A DNA stretch of 63,993 nucleotides, filler included, from Albugo candida (taxonomy: Eukaryota): the NCBI GenBank assembly GCA_040437565.1. It is 10 parts of 10 records of this genome, joined end to end, with 100 filler letters (N's around TTAATTAATTAA, not from the genome) between each part and the next. Parts side by side here need not be neighbours in the genome. Positions count along the whole stretch, not along the records: positions 22,053 to 28,899 come from JBDOQK010000135.1; positions 29,000 to 35,737 come from JBDOQK010000136.1; 8 more parts are not named here. The stretch is one strand, 5' to 3'. This document shows positions 23,976 to 35,837 of the stretch, piece by piece. A program made the position numbers and the translations under genes. The notes beneath the pieces were generated by a model. The model made no database searches and was not told the DNA's origin. It worked only from the letters and a program-made list of their open reading frames with translations. The first letter of the stretch is position 1, and every line of letters starts with the position of its first letter.

Positions 23976-25940
23976 TCACACAGACGTAGTTGGCGGACAA
24001 TCATCAAAATCACCGATAATCATCTCGTGTAATGCTCTTCCAGCGCCAACCATTGGATAACAATGCTCATTTTTTTCCACCACAAACTCCCCTAATACTG
24101 GCCCTTTGGCCTCCAAAAATTCAGCCATTGCATCCTTCAACTCGCTTTCATCGGAACATCGGATTCCTTTGCAATGCATCGACTCTGCAAATTTCACAAA
24201 ATTCGGATTTTTCATTCGGGTCGCTGAATACCGTTCTTCGTAAAATAAATCCTGCCATTGTTTCACCATTCCCTGAAAATCATTATTCAACACCAGCACT
24301 TTGACGCCAATATTGAATTCAGCAGCGGTAGCCATTTCGGTCAGTGTCATTGCAAAACTCGCATCTCCATCGATATCAATCACAGTTGCATCCGGTCGCG
24401 CTACTTTGGCTCCTAGCGCAGCCGGTAGTCCGAATCCCATAGTTCCTAATCCTCCAGACGTTATCATTGTGTTTGGACGGTCCCAGCGGTAATACTGCGC
24501 TGCCCACATTTGATGTTGGCCCACACCAGTTGTTATCAAGACATCCTTGTGATCTTTTGTCTGAGTGTACAACTCCTCAATCACACGCTGAGCTTTCATA
24601 GGCTGACCTGGGGCAGAACGACGATAACGGAATGGATATCGAGCTTTCCATCCTTGTACTTTTCGATGCCATTCGGTGCGTGGCTGGCTTGTTACCAGAG
24701 GTACAATTCGTTCCAAATTGTATTTGGTATCGCCTAAAATCGACACCGTCGCAGGAATAATTTTATTGATTTGTTTGCCGGAGATATCGATATGGATGAT
24801 TCCCCCGCGACCTTCAGCGGCCGCACGACGGGCTTCCGGTGCAAAATCTGGCACACGTCCTGTGACACGATCGTCAAAGCGAGCTCCAACAGCAACGATC
24901 AAATCTGCTTCTTGGATTGCTTTATTAGCGTATACTGATCCGTGCATACCGAGCATGTGAAGACTCAGTGGATCACGTTCGTCAAATGTTCCAAGCCCTT
25001 GTAAGGAGGTTGTCACAGGAATATTTGCCTGTCGAGCAAACAATCCCAGCACGTGACTCGCGTGTAATGATCCTCCTCCTGCGTATATAATTGGTTTTTT
25101 GGCGATATTGATCAAGCGTATTGCCTCGTCGATATTCCCATCTTGATTCACTCTATTTCCTGCAACCTTTTTCTGTCCATAATATCCAAGCAACTGAGGT
25201 TGTTTGTTCACCGCGCTTTTACAGATTCCTGCCGTGATGTCTTTCGGAAGATCCACAAGAACCGGTCCTGGACGACCGCTTGTAGCAATGTGGAAAGCTT
25301 CACGAATGTTTCTTGCTATATCATTCACAGAACGAACCTGTACGTTCCACTTCGTACATGGTCGTGTGATCCCCATAATATCGGCTTCTTGGAAAGCATC
25401 GGTACCAAGAACCTGAGTAGCAACTTGACCACTAAACACAACAATCGGAGTCCCATCCATCAGAGCATCTTGCAGGGGTGTCACTGTGTTTGTCGCGCCC
25501 GGGCCGGATGTTACCACAACGACTCCAGGTTTTCCGGTTGCTCGAGCGTACCCTTGAGCCATATGGCCAGCTCCTTGTTCGTGTCGAGTCAGAATGAAAT
25601 CGAAATGCTTACTTTCGTAAATTGCGTCAAAGACAGGGAGAATCGCACCGCCCGGATACCCAAAAACGCATTTAACGTCGAGTTCCGCCAGCGTTTGATG
25701 AAATATCTCTGCTCCAGTTTTTCCAATGAATTCTTCAGTCATTTCAGGAGCATGCTGACGCCCTTTTTCTTCGTGATTTTTGATGGGGTTTTTGATTTGT
25801 TTGAGAACAGCGGCTGTTGAGTAGGCAGCATGCTGAGGAAGAGAAACGGAAAAATAACATTTTTGTCTGTGTGTCGGAGGGAAATCGCGTATATTTCGAC
25901 GAAAAAGAGGAATCAACAGTTTTCGTCTTATGAGTCGCAT
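23976..25940 (-). CDS. ILV2: Acetolactate synthase (AHAS) catalytic subunit, mitochondrial
   Basis: Motifs FGYPGGAILP, RHEQGAGHMA, TSGPGATN, RFDDRVTG, GDASF..NN (TPP binding) and GMVKQWQ. Likely start is MRLIRRK at 25940, an Arg-rich presequence; the ORF is open upstream to 26231. Confidence 0.96.
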   Translation of the reverse strand: MRLIRRKLLIPLFRRNIRDFPPTHRQKCYFSVSLPQHAAYSTAAVLKQIKNPIKNHEEKGRQHAPEMTEEFIGKTGAEIFHQTLAELDVKCVFGYPGGAILPVFDAIYESKHFDFILTRHEQGAGHMAQGYARATGKPGVVVVTSGPGATNTVTPLQDALMDGTPIVVFSGQVATQVLGTDAFQEADIMGITRPCTKWNVQVRSVNDIARNIREAFHIATSGRPGPVLVDLPKDITAGICKSAVNKQPQLLGYYGQKKVAGNRVNQDGNIDEAIRLINIAKKPIIYAGGGSLHASHVLGLFARQANIPVTTSLQGLGTFDERDPLSLHMLGMHGSVYANKAIQEADLIVAVGARFDDRVTGRVPDFAPEARRAAAEGRGGIIHIDISGKQINKIIPATVSILGDTKYNLERIVPLVTSQPRTEWHRKVQGWKARYPFRYRRSAPGQPMKAQRVIEELYTQTKDHKDVLITTGVGQHQMWAAQYYRWDRPNTMITSGGLGTMGFGLPAALGAKVARPDATVIDIDGDASFAMTLTEMATAAEFNIGVKVLVLNNDFQGMVKQWQDLFYEERYSATRMKNPNFVKFAESMHCKGIRCSDESELKDAMAEFLEAKGPVLGEFVVEKNEHCYPMVGAGRALHEMIIGDFDDCPPTTSV

Positions 25941-28426
25941 TTCTGATATGTGGAACCTTTCGTCCTTTCGTCCACTGTATGATCTCTCCTTTCGGGGAAC
26001 ATTTCTGGCGTGGCTGATAACGATTGGCTGTAAGATCGGTACATTTAACTTGACACGTGAGCGACATTCAGTCCACGTTTCACATTGCGCACACACTTTT
26101 AATATAAACCACCAGTGATGTGTGTATTGACTCACGTTACTATACAATTTTCCAGAGGAAAGAAATGACGTATGGGGAAGCGTCACATGAGACATGCGCT
26201 TACAACGTCCCTCTTCACAGCACAAGTACAAGGTAGATTTTGAGAAGATAAGGAGTATGTGTCAAGCCAAGCTCAAAAGAAAAGTCCTCACGAGGGTTTA
26301 GTTAGAAGACGTGTTATCCTTTCTCACTCAAGTATACTTCGGTCGGGTCGTTCAAGCAGCGATAGTATCTCTTTATTCAACTTTTACGAAATTGAGCGGT
26401 GAAATCGATAGAAGAAAGCAGTTTTGGTTGTATTGTATAGTATCATTTTTTTTACTAAAATATTGCCATTACTGCTTTTAACATTTGAGTGTCTCGCAAC
26501 GCTGTGGGTGTAATACCTGAGGGCTTTATCATATCAGTAGACGGCCATTTGTTCTTATTGTCTTTGCGGATGCATTATCACTGATCCGCTTTGCTATTTG
26601 ACCACAGCAATACTTTTAAATACGATAAGTTTCATGTTGATTCTCAAGCACCATTAAAATTCAGTTATTTCTACCCCTAGAGTGTGTATACCTAGTACGA
26701 AAATCGAGTATCACGCCAATAATGCGAGCGTCTCCATTTCCAATCTGTTGTCCCCATTTTCAGCTACGGATGGCTGACGTCACGTGATAGTTTTGCATCA
26801 ATATGCCAGGATTTTACCATCATATTTTCTGTTGTCTTCATGTCGCACACCAATTGCAATTTCTATCAAATGTTTTTTTCCATTGTTAATCCTGTGTTTC
26901 CACCTTGGATTATTAAGTGCCAAATTGGATCTCAAAAAAAATCCAGGCTAATTGTCGAAGCTGTATTAATATCAAGTTCGTTGCATCTGGCTTTCGTTCC
27001 TCGCTACTCAATGAAAATTCTATGATGATGAGTAAAGCATCACGTAACTCAGGTCGGAGGTTCCACAAACGCCTCGCTGATAAGATGTGGACGTCCTGAA
27101 AAAGCAATTCTCAAAAACGACGAATTAAACCACAAAGAAGTTTGACTCAGATGGGATTATCATGAGGATTTACATACCAGACGACCACCCGCGCGACAAC
27201 GGTTACTTGATGTCTTGTCTCCCGAGCGTGATCTTCAGATAACATCAGTATCAATTAAGTAACACAATTCTGTTTCTCTCCTAATACGGTCACAGACGTT
27301 TGTGCACACTATCATCATGCCAAAAAAGTTTTTGTACATGCATGCAAGTGAATTAATATGACCGGCTCAAACGTCTCAGATTTAGTCTGCGGTAGCTTGT
27401 ATACAAAGGATTGAATACGTATTGACAAATCAAATTGCTTGGGAAATAACCGTTCAATTTGAAGGATGCTAATCGCACCATTTGCGATTCTTGCTGACTT
27501 TTCCTTACTGCACACAGACATACAGAACCATTTGGACGACACAAAAAGAGATTACATCGGAAGATACGGATTTCGACCTTTACTGCAAACTCAGTGATGA
27601 CACGATAGGATGCACGCATTTTTGTTGTGAATGAACGAGGAACATATTTGAAGTGGATCATTACGTCCACGACAAATGCCCACAAACCCGTTGACTTTTA
27701 TATTCGAGCTGTTAGGACATTTAACATGCCTACCTGTGAAATGCACAAAAATTGACTAAAAACGGTAGCACTCCTTGCTCGCTGTCAAAGAAAAGGGTTC
27801 GCTCGAGACTGTTTTGCATTGAAGGTTAAAGATCCCCTTTACAGCCATACGCGATCAAACCTTTCGTTTTTATAAGGCGAATACATGAGCGTAGGGAGTT
27901 CGAGGTATTTCAACAAAGCGCATAGGAGGTGAAGTGCAAGGGTAGAGCATCTTTACGACGAAGCGTCTGTTGCAACGGAAGATATCAACAATATACAACC
28001 ACGTTCGAGATCGTATTTTTTTACTGAAAGGGAAGTCATTATGTGATATAGCGCGCCGTTGATATCGAGAAGCCCGTACGAGAACTTGAGTTAATTCGGT
28101 GAACGCTTCGAAAGTCATACATTCACGAAAACGGTCACATCAAGTAGGAGTGTGCACATGAGACGGGAAGGAATGAAGAAAAGGAAAAAGTGGAAGCAGC
28201 AGGAATGTACCGCGAAGTTGTAGTCTTAGCGGTCCGAGCTGCTCAAACGTAATGGTGATGATTATCTCATTGATGTCATCTTCAGCCGCAAGTTCATCGA
28301 ACGGTGACCCCGTTCATCGTATAGAATTGACATCTGTGAATCTGGACGTCATCATTTGTCTAATGTTATCAATTGCGCCTAGCTAAAAAGCTCAGTTGTC
28401 CCGTCTTCCGCGCACTGAGGAGGATA

Positions 28427-28502
28427 AGGATTCGCGGCGCTTTCAAGGATCAGAGCGGACTCTGAGGATTCGCGGCACTTTCAAGGATCAGAGCGGACTC
28501 TG
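28427..28502. repeat. 38-bp tandem duplication (1 mismatch)
   Basis: AGGATTCGCGGCRCTTTCAAGGATCAGAGCGGACTCTG x2. Confidence 0.95.
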
Positions 28503-28899
28503 GACGTTGCAAGAGTTTGAGATGATACTCTTCTCGGAGCTATAAGAGAAACTTCACTGCTAATCGAATGGCAAGAATTGCGTACCACAAGTGTGATAAC
28601 TGCTACCCAACGCACCATATCTTCTCGGTTATTATCCGCAATCGTATAAAGCGATCGGCCAAACCTCAAAAGAAAATGAGCGAGGACACTAAATATGACC
28701 GAAAAATATACACACCAAAACTGCGAATTTTCGTGCATCAGCAATACTGGAAGGTAACACTGCATTCACAGACGCGAGATGGCTAGCACCAAGCTCCTGC
28801 TTTTCAATCTGTGTCTCAATATAGCGGAATACCATTCCATTGAGAACAAACGAGCGACGACGATACGTGTTTCCGGGCACGCACCAATCGCCTGAAGCA

Positions 28900-28999
28900 N
28901 NNNNNNNNNNNNNNNNNNNNNNNNNNNNNNNNNNNNNNNNNNNTTAATTAATTAANNNNNNNNNNNNNNNNNNNNNNNNNNNNNNNNNNNNNNNNNNNN
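28900..28999. other. Artificial contig spacer
   Basis: N44-TTAATTAATTAA-N44. Confidence 0.99.
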
Positions 29000-29936
29000 A
29001 CCTTTCTTAATATGCCACTAATTCACATTGAAAATCCATCATTAAATAAACGTTTATATCACAATATACACTTTACAACCAGTACAATGCACAAAAATTG
29101 CCTACATTGGTATCAAGCAACAATATATTTTCCTCACAATAAATCTCCTAGAAACCCTAGTCAAAAGTAAAACTATTGTTAGCAAAATACTTAAATTACC
29201 TCGGAGATTTATATACGATATACCCTTACTGAATAATAAAAGCCTTTCTAAACTGAAAACAACGTTTATAATAAATTAGAGTCAATGCAAAGTATATTAA
29301 GGTTGAAGATATATTTTACCTATGAGTACGCATGATATCAATAATAACCACAAAAGAATACTATAAGGTAGCTACATTACCAATGTCAACTTGAATGAGA
29401 GAGACATTTAAACGCTCGACAAACTACAACATGAAAGTTAGAAGAGTAATTATTTTCTAGATATGTACATAATTTTAATGCTTCTGATTACTTGAGATGA
29501 ATTCCCTTTTTTCTTGAAAGAAGATGGTGCCTACATTCGAACAATGTTATACATTACGTCGTGGTAAAAGCTGTATAAAACAAGAGCAAACTTTACGAGT
29601 CAAGAGTCAAGACCATTAGCAGCAAGTAGGCAGATTAAAAGTAGTTTGAAGAAAGGGTAAGAAAGAAGGAAGAAAAGGAAAATAAAAAAATCTATATTTA
29701 TAGGAAAAATATTAATTAGCGAGGAGGGCGGAGATATTTTTTGCTTGTGACACCATGAATAGCTTGTCACTAATAATAATCATCCCCTTTTTTTTCCATT
29801 TTTTTTTTCAATCTTTAATGGTAATGTACACTTTACTCAATTCATTAAATCTGAAAACAATTATACATGGAGAACAGCAAGAACAGTAATAGTGTTATTT
29901 TTTTAAATTTTTTATGTGTGTTTATTAATCATTTTA

Positions 29937-31048
29937 TTAATAACCGCTCTTGATACTCCAAGAAGGTAATTTTGCTCTATTGGCATTAGAAAGAGCAATA
30001 TCTACAGAACGGAAGGACCTACGCTTTCTCATAATATCTTGAACCATTCTCTCGTCATTTAATTCATCCAGTTTTTCGTAGAATTGGTTCAACTGTAGAT
30101 GTTAAAAAACGATTAGCAACAAGTAATTTTATTTAAATGTTAATGGTAGTTCAATTTACTTACTTTTTCACTCCTCCAAACAGGTACCAATCTTGTCATG
30201 GTATGTGCAACATTTTCACGAACGACTTCATCATCCTCTTCGTCCGACATATAGCATCTTTTCAAGACAGCTTCACACTCTTCCTTTGCCCCAAATTCAG
30301 CCATAGTACCCTCTTCAAGTGCTTTGAACATGTTTACTCTTCTTTTGTATTTCTAAAAAAAAAAGGTGATTTTCAATATCTGCAAATCATATTTCAACTT
30401 GTAAAAAAATTACCCTGTTCAATCTTGAATAGTACTTTTGACGAAGAGTGTTCTTGACCTTCTCTTCCTGGGGTAAGGCGGCATGCTTAGCAAGCCTTTG
30501 CAAGTATTCATAATGGTTACGGATTACTTGGTGGGCGTTTCTTTGGAGCAAGGTTGTCTTGTATTTTGTTGTATAAACAGGATTCAACATATGTTCTTTA
30601 AAGTAGCTGGTCTGAAAAGCATCGTGTTCAATAGCAGCAAAAATCCTTCTATTTTTCTCGCTTTGTTGGATTGATATAGAAGTATCCCATTCTTCACCTA
30701 TACTCTTGTAAGTTTCTCTTAATATTCTCTAAAAAATGGATGTGGAGTAAACGTTAGTTTTATTTAGAAATATAAAGGATTGAAATATAATACACTTACT
30801 GCTAAAGCTGAATTTTTACCAACATGCTTGGGATTGATCAATCGTTGCACCTCTAAATCTTTTAAGAGCTTTACAATGGTTTTTTCCAAAGCAGCGATTC
30901 TATTGTCGTCGTTGTTTTCCAAGGCACTGATTCTTTCTTCATAGTTATTATCAACAACCATAGCAGCTGATGATCGTCCAGTGTTGTTACGAAGGGAGGG
31001 AGAGAAGGTGTTGGAGGGTTGAACGATGGGAGGTTGATTGGAAGGCAT
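29937..31048 (-). CDS. Intact 4-exon companion gene of the CACTA-like element (ORF2-type)
   Basis: Three phase-0 introns give MPSNQPP..SALA|RILRETY..RLNR|KYKRRV..CYMSDEEDD..PVWRSEK|LNQFYEKLDE..LPSWSIKSGY*. The YMSDEE...PxWRSE...LD signature is one I recall from ORFs next to fungal CACTA transposases. Confidence 0.7.
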
Positions 31049-31504
31049 TTTTTTAGAATAAAATAGTAATAATTGAATGAAAAAGAAAAGAAATGACTAT
31101 TGGGCAATCTATTATAAATAAATTAACACCATTAGCTTTCTATAAAATTCCTATCGCAATGTATTGTAAAAAATGTCAATAAATTCACCCTGTAATAAAA
31201 TTTTGTTATGCTTGAACCCTTTCATTTACATAAAAAAAAACCCCTGCGTGCATTATTAAATGATCCGTGTATGTGCTTCTTCGTGATAAAGAAAGAATCA
31301 CACTATTACACACATTGGTTTAAATAAATAAATTAAAAGTGATGCAACAAGTAGTTAACTAAAGATGATTTATATATTCACGTACCTAACGGTAAGTAAT
31401 ACAACTGATGGTACAATAAAAAATCAGACACTATTATGAAATGATCAAAATGCTACTATTAAATTTTTTTTTTGTTATTTATTATAAAAGGAAAAAAGGG
31501 GATA

Positions 31505-32008
31505 TTAACACGTCCAAAAGTCGAAATCGTATTCACGATATTCGGCCAAAGATTTGAGAATACTCTTTCTTTCCAAGGGAGAGATATTACCGGTCAAATA
31601 TCTCATATTTAACTGTATGTCAAATAAGGGTCCCACTAATTCTTCAAGGTCCCAGTGCTTCTTTGGTTGCTGCAAGTCACTGTAGCATTTTTCCACATTC
31701 ATGTGAAAAGGCTTTTGAAAAGGGTACCCTTCCAAAGTTTTTCCCAAGTCGAACAACTCAAGTTCTTCCCAAAATACCTCTGCATCAAGTTCCTTAATGT
31801 TTTTTTGATGAAAAAAAATATGGTACCTAACGTCCTCGTCCTCGTCTGTTTTTTTGTCGAAATTCTCCCATACACACTTAAATTTTTCCTCACTGTGAAG
31901 GCACACAAACACCACATATTTTGTTAAAAGTTCATTACGGAGTTTCGTAACTTTTTCAAGTTGATTGATATATTCAATGTTATTTAAGTAGGTAGAATTA
32001 GTAGTCAT
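31505..32008 (-). CDS. Hypothetical 167-aa protein between the transposase and ORF2
   Basis: Uninterrupted ATG..TAA ORF in AT-rich DNA with an A-rich start context and a TATA-like box at ~32090. Confidence 0.6.
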   Translation of the reverse strand: MTTNSTYLNNIEYINQLEKVTKLRNELLTKYVVFVCLHSEEKFKCVWENFDKKTDEDEDVRYHIFFHQKNIKELDAEVFWEELELFDLGKTLEGYPFQKPFHMNVEKCYSDLQQPKKHWDLEELVGPLFDIQLNMRYLTGNISPLERKSILKSLAEYREYDFDFWTC

Positions 32009-32108
32009 TTTTATTGTTTTTTTTTAAAAAAAAAAAAAGGCGTTTAAAAGATAAATTTTATTTCAATAAAAAGAAAAACAATGTTTGATATTTATATTAA
32101 TGATTTAT

Positions 32109-35100
32109 TTAGTATTCGGTTATCTTCCTTGGGAATTTGAAAAATATGTTATATTTTGACATTCTTTCCAAGTAAAAGCCGGCTGGTGACTGTATATGAT
32201 GTACAGGTAAAATACAATTTTCAGATTCAGGGAGGAATTCGTTTTTATACGTTGTGGTATTAATACTGTCGAAAGAGGTAAGAGGAACTACAGGAATGAC
32301 ATACCAACGTATGTATGCCAAAGTGAAAGTAACATCTTGCATATCACCTTCATCATCTACTAGTTGCACGGTATGTCTGAAGAAAAATTGGATTTGGGCG
32401 GGGCGGGAAATGTGTTTCGTGTTGTCAGGCTCATTTGGATCATTGAAAATACAATAGGCGATGCTCCCTCTACGTGAATGCGCCTGGATAGAATTGTATT
32501 TATATCCCAACAACTTGATAGAATTGAATCTTGCTATTTTATTGGATACAACCGAATAGTCTCTTACGCTTAATTCACGAGTGTCTTGATCGTCAGTAAC
32601 AAACTCCATACGAAATGTTGATGAATAATAATTTACAAGTTGAGCAAATTCATTTTCTTTCATTTTGTTGTTTCTCTTTCTAAATTTTAACGAGTGGATA
32701 GTACCGAGAGGAAGAGGTTCATAACCAAAAGCAGTTGTGTAACCGGTACCATTTAACGCACCAGAAAAAGAAATGAAATGCATTAAACTAAAGTGATCAC
32801 TATCCATGGTATTTTCAATTTCTTCTTTGAAATAATCATTGCTAATATCACCAGATTTTTTACCCTGATACAAATTTCGAATTTCTGCATCAAAATCAGC
32901 ATTACCAAAAGAAGGAAAGAGGTTAATTATATCATCTGCATGAATGTTGCTCAATATCATCTTAAACACCGTCAACTCTAACCCTTTTCTATTGTTGGTG
33001 TTGATAGACTTGAGGTCTGAATTGTATCGTTCATAATGGAAGGCAGAATGACTGTGAAAGGGACCATAATTGAGTAAATCTTCCTATAAATACGAAATGA
33101 TATTGTTAGTAACCGTTTATGAATAATAAATTGCTTTTATGTTTATTTACCATAAGATGCAGATGATAGTGTGCGTTTGACATAAATTCATGTTTACCAT
33201 AAATTTCAATAAACTGAGTGTTGAACCGTATTATTTTTTCATGGCATTCTAAAATTTGCTGCTTGGAAATTTGTGGTAAGGTCATGATGGTAAAACAAGA
33301 AATAAACAACATCCAATGATCATAGTAAATATTGTCTAAACGACCTTTAAGTAAAAGAGGAGACAAAACCAGGGTAAATACTTTCCAGTCGGCAGCTTTA
33401 AAAAAAGAAAAACCAGAACCTTTTTTAATTTTTGCAGCAAGAGAAGAATTATCGTAGCCAAAAGGAAGAGTAATTTTTGAGCATAATTCACTCATTTCCA
33501 AAAGATCATCCTTGTTCAATAAACCCCTTTCAATAAATATACTCATCATCACTCTCTTGCACGTTCCCAAATAAATATTATGAAGTATATCCAGGCAGCT
33601 GAATCTACATATATCCATATAAGACAAGCGATGAAATTCACTCCAACGAGTGCCATGCAAACGAACATAATCTTGCCTAGCAGTGTCTGTAGTTAAAGTT
33701 TTGTAATGAGATGCATATTTGAAATTTGACTTTTTGTTACGAAAGGGGTAATTTGCGTAGTCCATATCAGAAAAGTCGGGATGAGTTGGATAACCATCCA
33801 CACGAGGAAAAGGGCGATCGCATCTTCTACAAGCAAAAGTACTATTGAAAAAAGATATACCTCCTACTTTGGATGCTGCAGGAAGATCATTTACAAATAA
33901 GGCAATTGCTGCTTTAACTAATACTGGACGACCAACAGAAAGAACATTCATCATAACACCTTGTGCAAGCATTTCCAATTCATCAACGATAGGACGTAAA
34001 TAATTATTTATCTGGTCCAAACTAGGTTCTCCACCACCGGGTATTAATAATGTAAACATTAAATTTTTCTTTGCATTTCGAATGTTACGTGGTAAATTTA
34101 AAATAGTGATATACATCGCACCAAGACTATAGTCGGAATTGTTACACTTGTTGAACCAATCTACATTACATGATAACAACAAGTTGAAATCACTTTGATC
34201 AACAAATGGTGTAAAATCGTTATCATCAAGCTTAAAATTTTTAAAAACATCACCGTCATAAACGTCGAAAAAATAATTAGGGTCTGTCATTTTTCTATTT
34301 TTCCAAGCACAAATTGCTTCTGCAAATCCTTCACGTAAAAAAAATTTCTTTAAAGTAGTTGTTATAGAGTTGTAAACGGCAATCTTTCTAGGAACTAATT
34401 TGGTTGCATTTGTCAATTCATATAAATCGTCACCACAAACACTCAAAACTCTATTATTGACAGAAGACACACGCTTGATAAATTTACATTGTTTTTGTTG
34501 GCTTCTTTCAATTTGGCTTTCAGGCAATTTGTAAATAGAGTGACAAGTAGTACAAGAGGTATATACTTGAACACCAGAATGGTAATTGTTTTGAAAGTTA
34601 CATCTTTTCATAAAAGTTGTTAAAGTGCGTGGGAAACGGTAGGTTGCATTTGCAATTGTTAGGGCAAGATTGAGGAAAGCCATTACGATTTCGCATCCCT
34701 TTACTGTCAAAAAATGTGCATTCAAGTACAAAACCATGAGCACTAAAACGAAAGGTAAACGTTCATTGGGAAAGCCCATGTTATTGTCAAAGACTATAAT
34801 GCAAAAATGTTAATTAGATTTTACGATACACTTTGTTTTCAATCTCTTTAGTACATACCATCATTTTCATTTTCATTTTCTTCGTCGTCATCACTTGATT
34901 CATCAACAAAAACTTCTTCACCATTATCCAAAAACATTTCTTCGGGATCTTCCCAGTTGTGGCTTTCTTCTACATCTAATATAGACAAACAAGTTAGTAC
35001 ATGTCATGCGATGATATTATGTACTGTAAATCTTAGGTACATACGAATATCATATTCGGGAATGGTTGCTTCGCTCATTTCAACATCCTCTACTACGTTG

Positions 35101-35360
35101 CTGTTGGTAGAGGCAGAAGCAAAGACTATAAATGGAAAGAAAAAAAGTCAATAAACAGGTATAAACAAGAAATCATACAGAAGTTAAAAATACATACTCA
35201 TTGGTGCTATGCCGCTGTAAGCAAGTCTTTTAGATCTAGCTGTACTGTCATTATTTTCATGATCAATGCGGGTTCTAGGAGTGACTTGATCGTAGCCTGC
35301 AACATTTTTGGAGCACAAAACACAGAAACAAGAAACGTAAAAAGTATTATTGGTTTGCAT
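32109..35360 (-). CDS. CACTA/EnSpm (CMC superfamily, Tnp2-like) transposase, multi-exon, apparently intact
   Basis: Motifs DVYDG, NVDWF, ILNLPRNIR, LRPIVDEL, DLPAASKVGG and LDILHNIYLG. Intron 33084-33150 (GTAAAT..TACTAAC..TAG) joins HYHLHLM|EDLLNYGP..AFHYERYN. Upstream exons carry CxCxxC..GY..V..RT..H from the ATG at 35360. Confidence 0.88.
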
Positions 35361-35737
35361 TGTCAAATAAAATTATATGTAAAAATTATGATACAAAAAA
35401 AGAGAGAAGATAAAAAGGGGGAATGGGTTTTTATATAAAAATAATGTTCGTGCACAATGATAAGTTTATTAAAGGGGGTTTAATTTTGACAGAAAATCCT
35501 AAAAAGTCATCTTATTATTTAATATATATAAACATTACCCTGAATTTTTTAAAATTCTGTAAAAGTCATCCGAACGCTGTGAGCGGCTTATTGCCATAAA
35601 AATTATATAAACATTCTTCGACATAGTGATGCTAAATTAACTTTTTTTCAAAAATATCCAAAATTTGTATTAATGTATTGATGATATTTAATAAATGGAA
35701 AATACAATTTGCTATCTTTTTATTAAAAAACTGACGA

Positions 35738-35837
35738 NNNNNNNNNNNNNNNNNNNNNNNNNNNNNNNNNNNNNNNNNNNNTTAATTAATTAANNNNNNN
35801 NNNNNNNNNNNNNNNNNNNNNNNNNNNNNNNNNNNNN
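35738..35837. other. Artificial contig spacer
   Basis: N44-TTAATTAATTAA-N44. Confidence 0.99.

Noticed and set aside
25941-26231. N-terminal 97-aa extension of the AHAS ORF
   Set aside because: Starts at a TTG and resembles neither AHAS nor a presequence; the ATG at 25940 gives a normal length and targeting peptide.
26900-28400. Possible PIF/Harbinger transposase remnant (FRECMTFEAFTELTQVL)
   Set aside because: Only a faint N-terminal resemblance; catalytic motifs could not be recovered.
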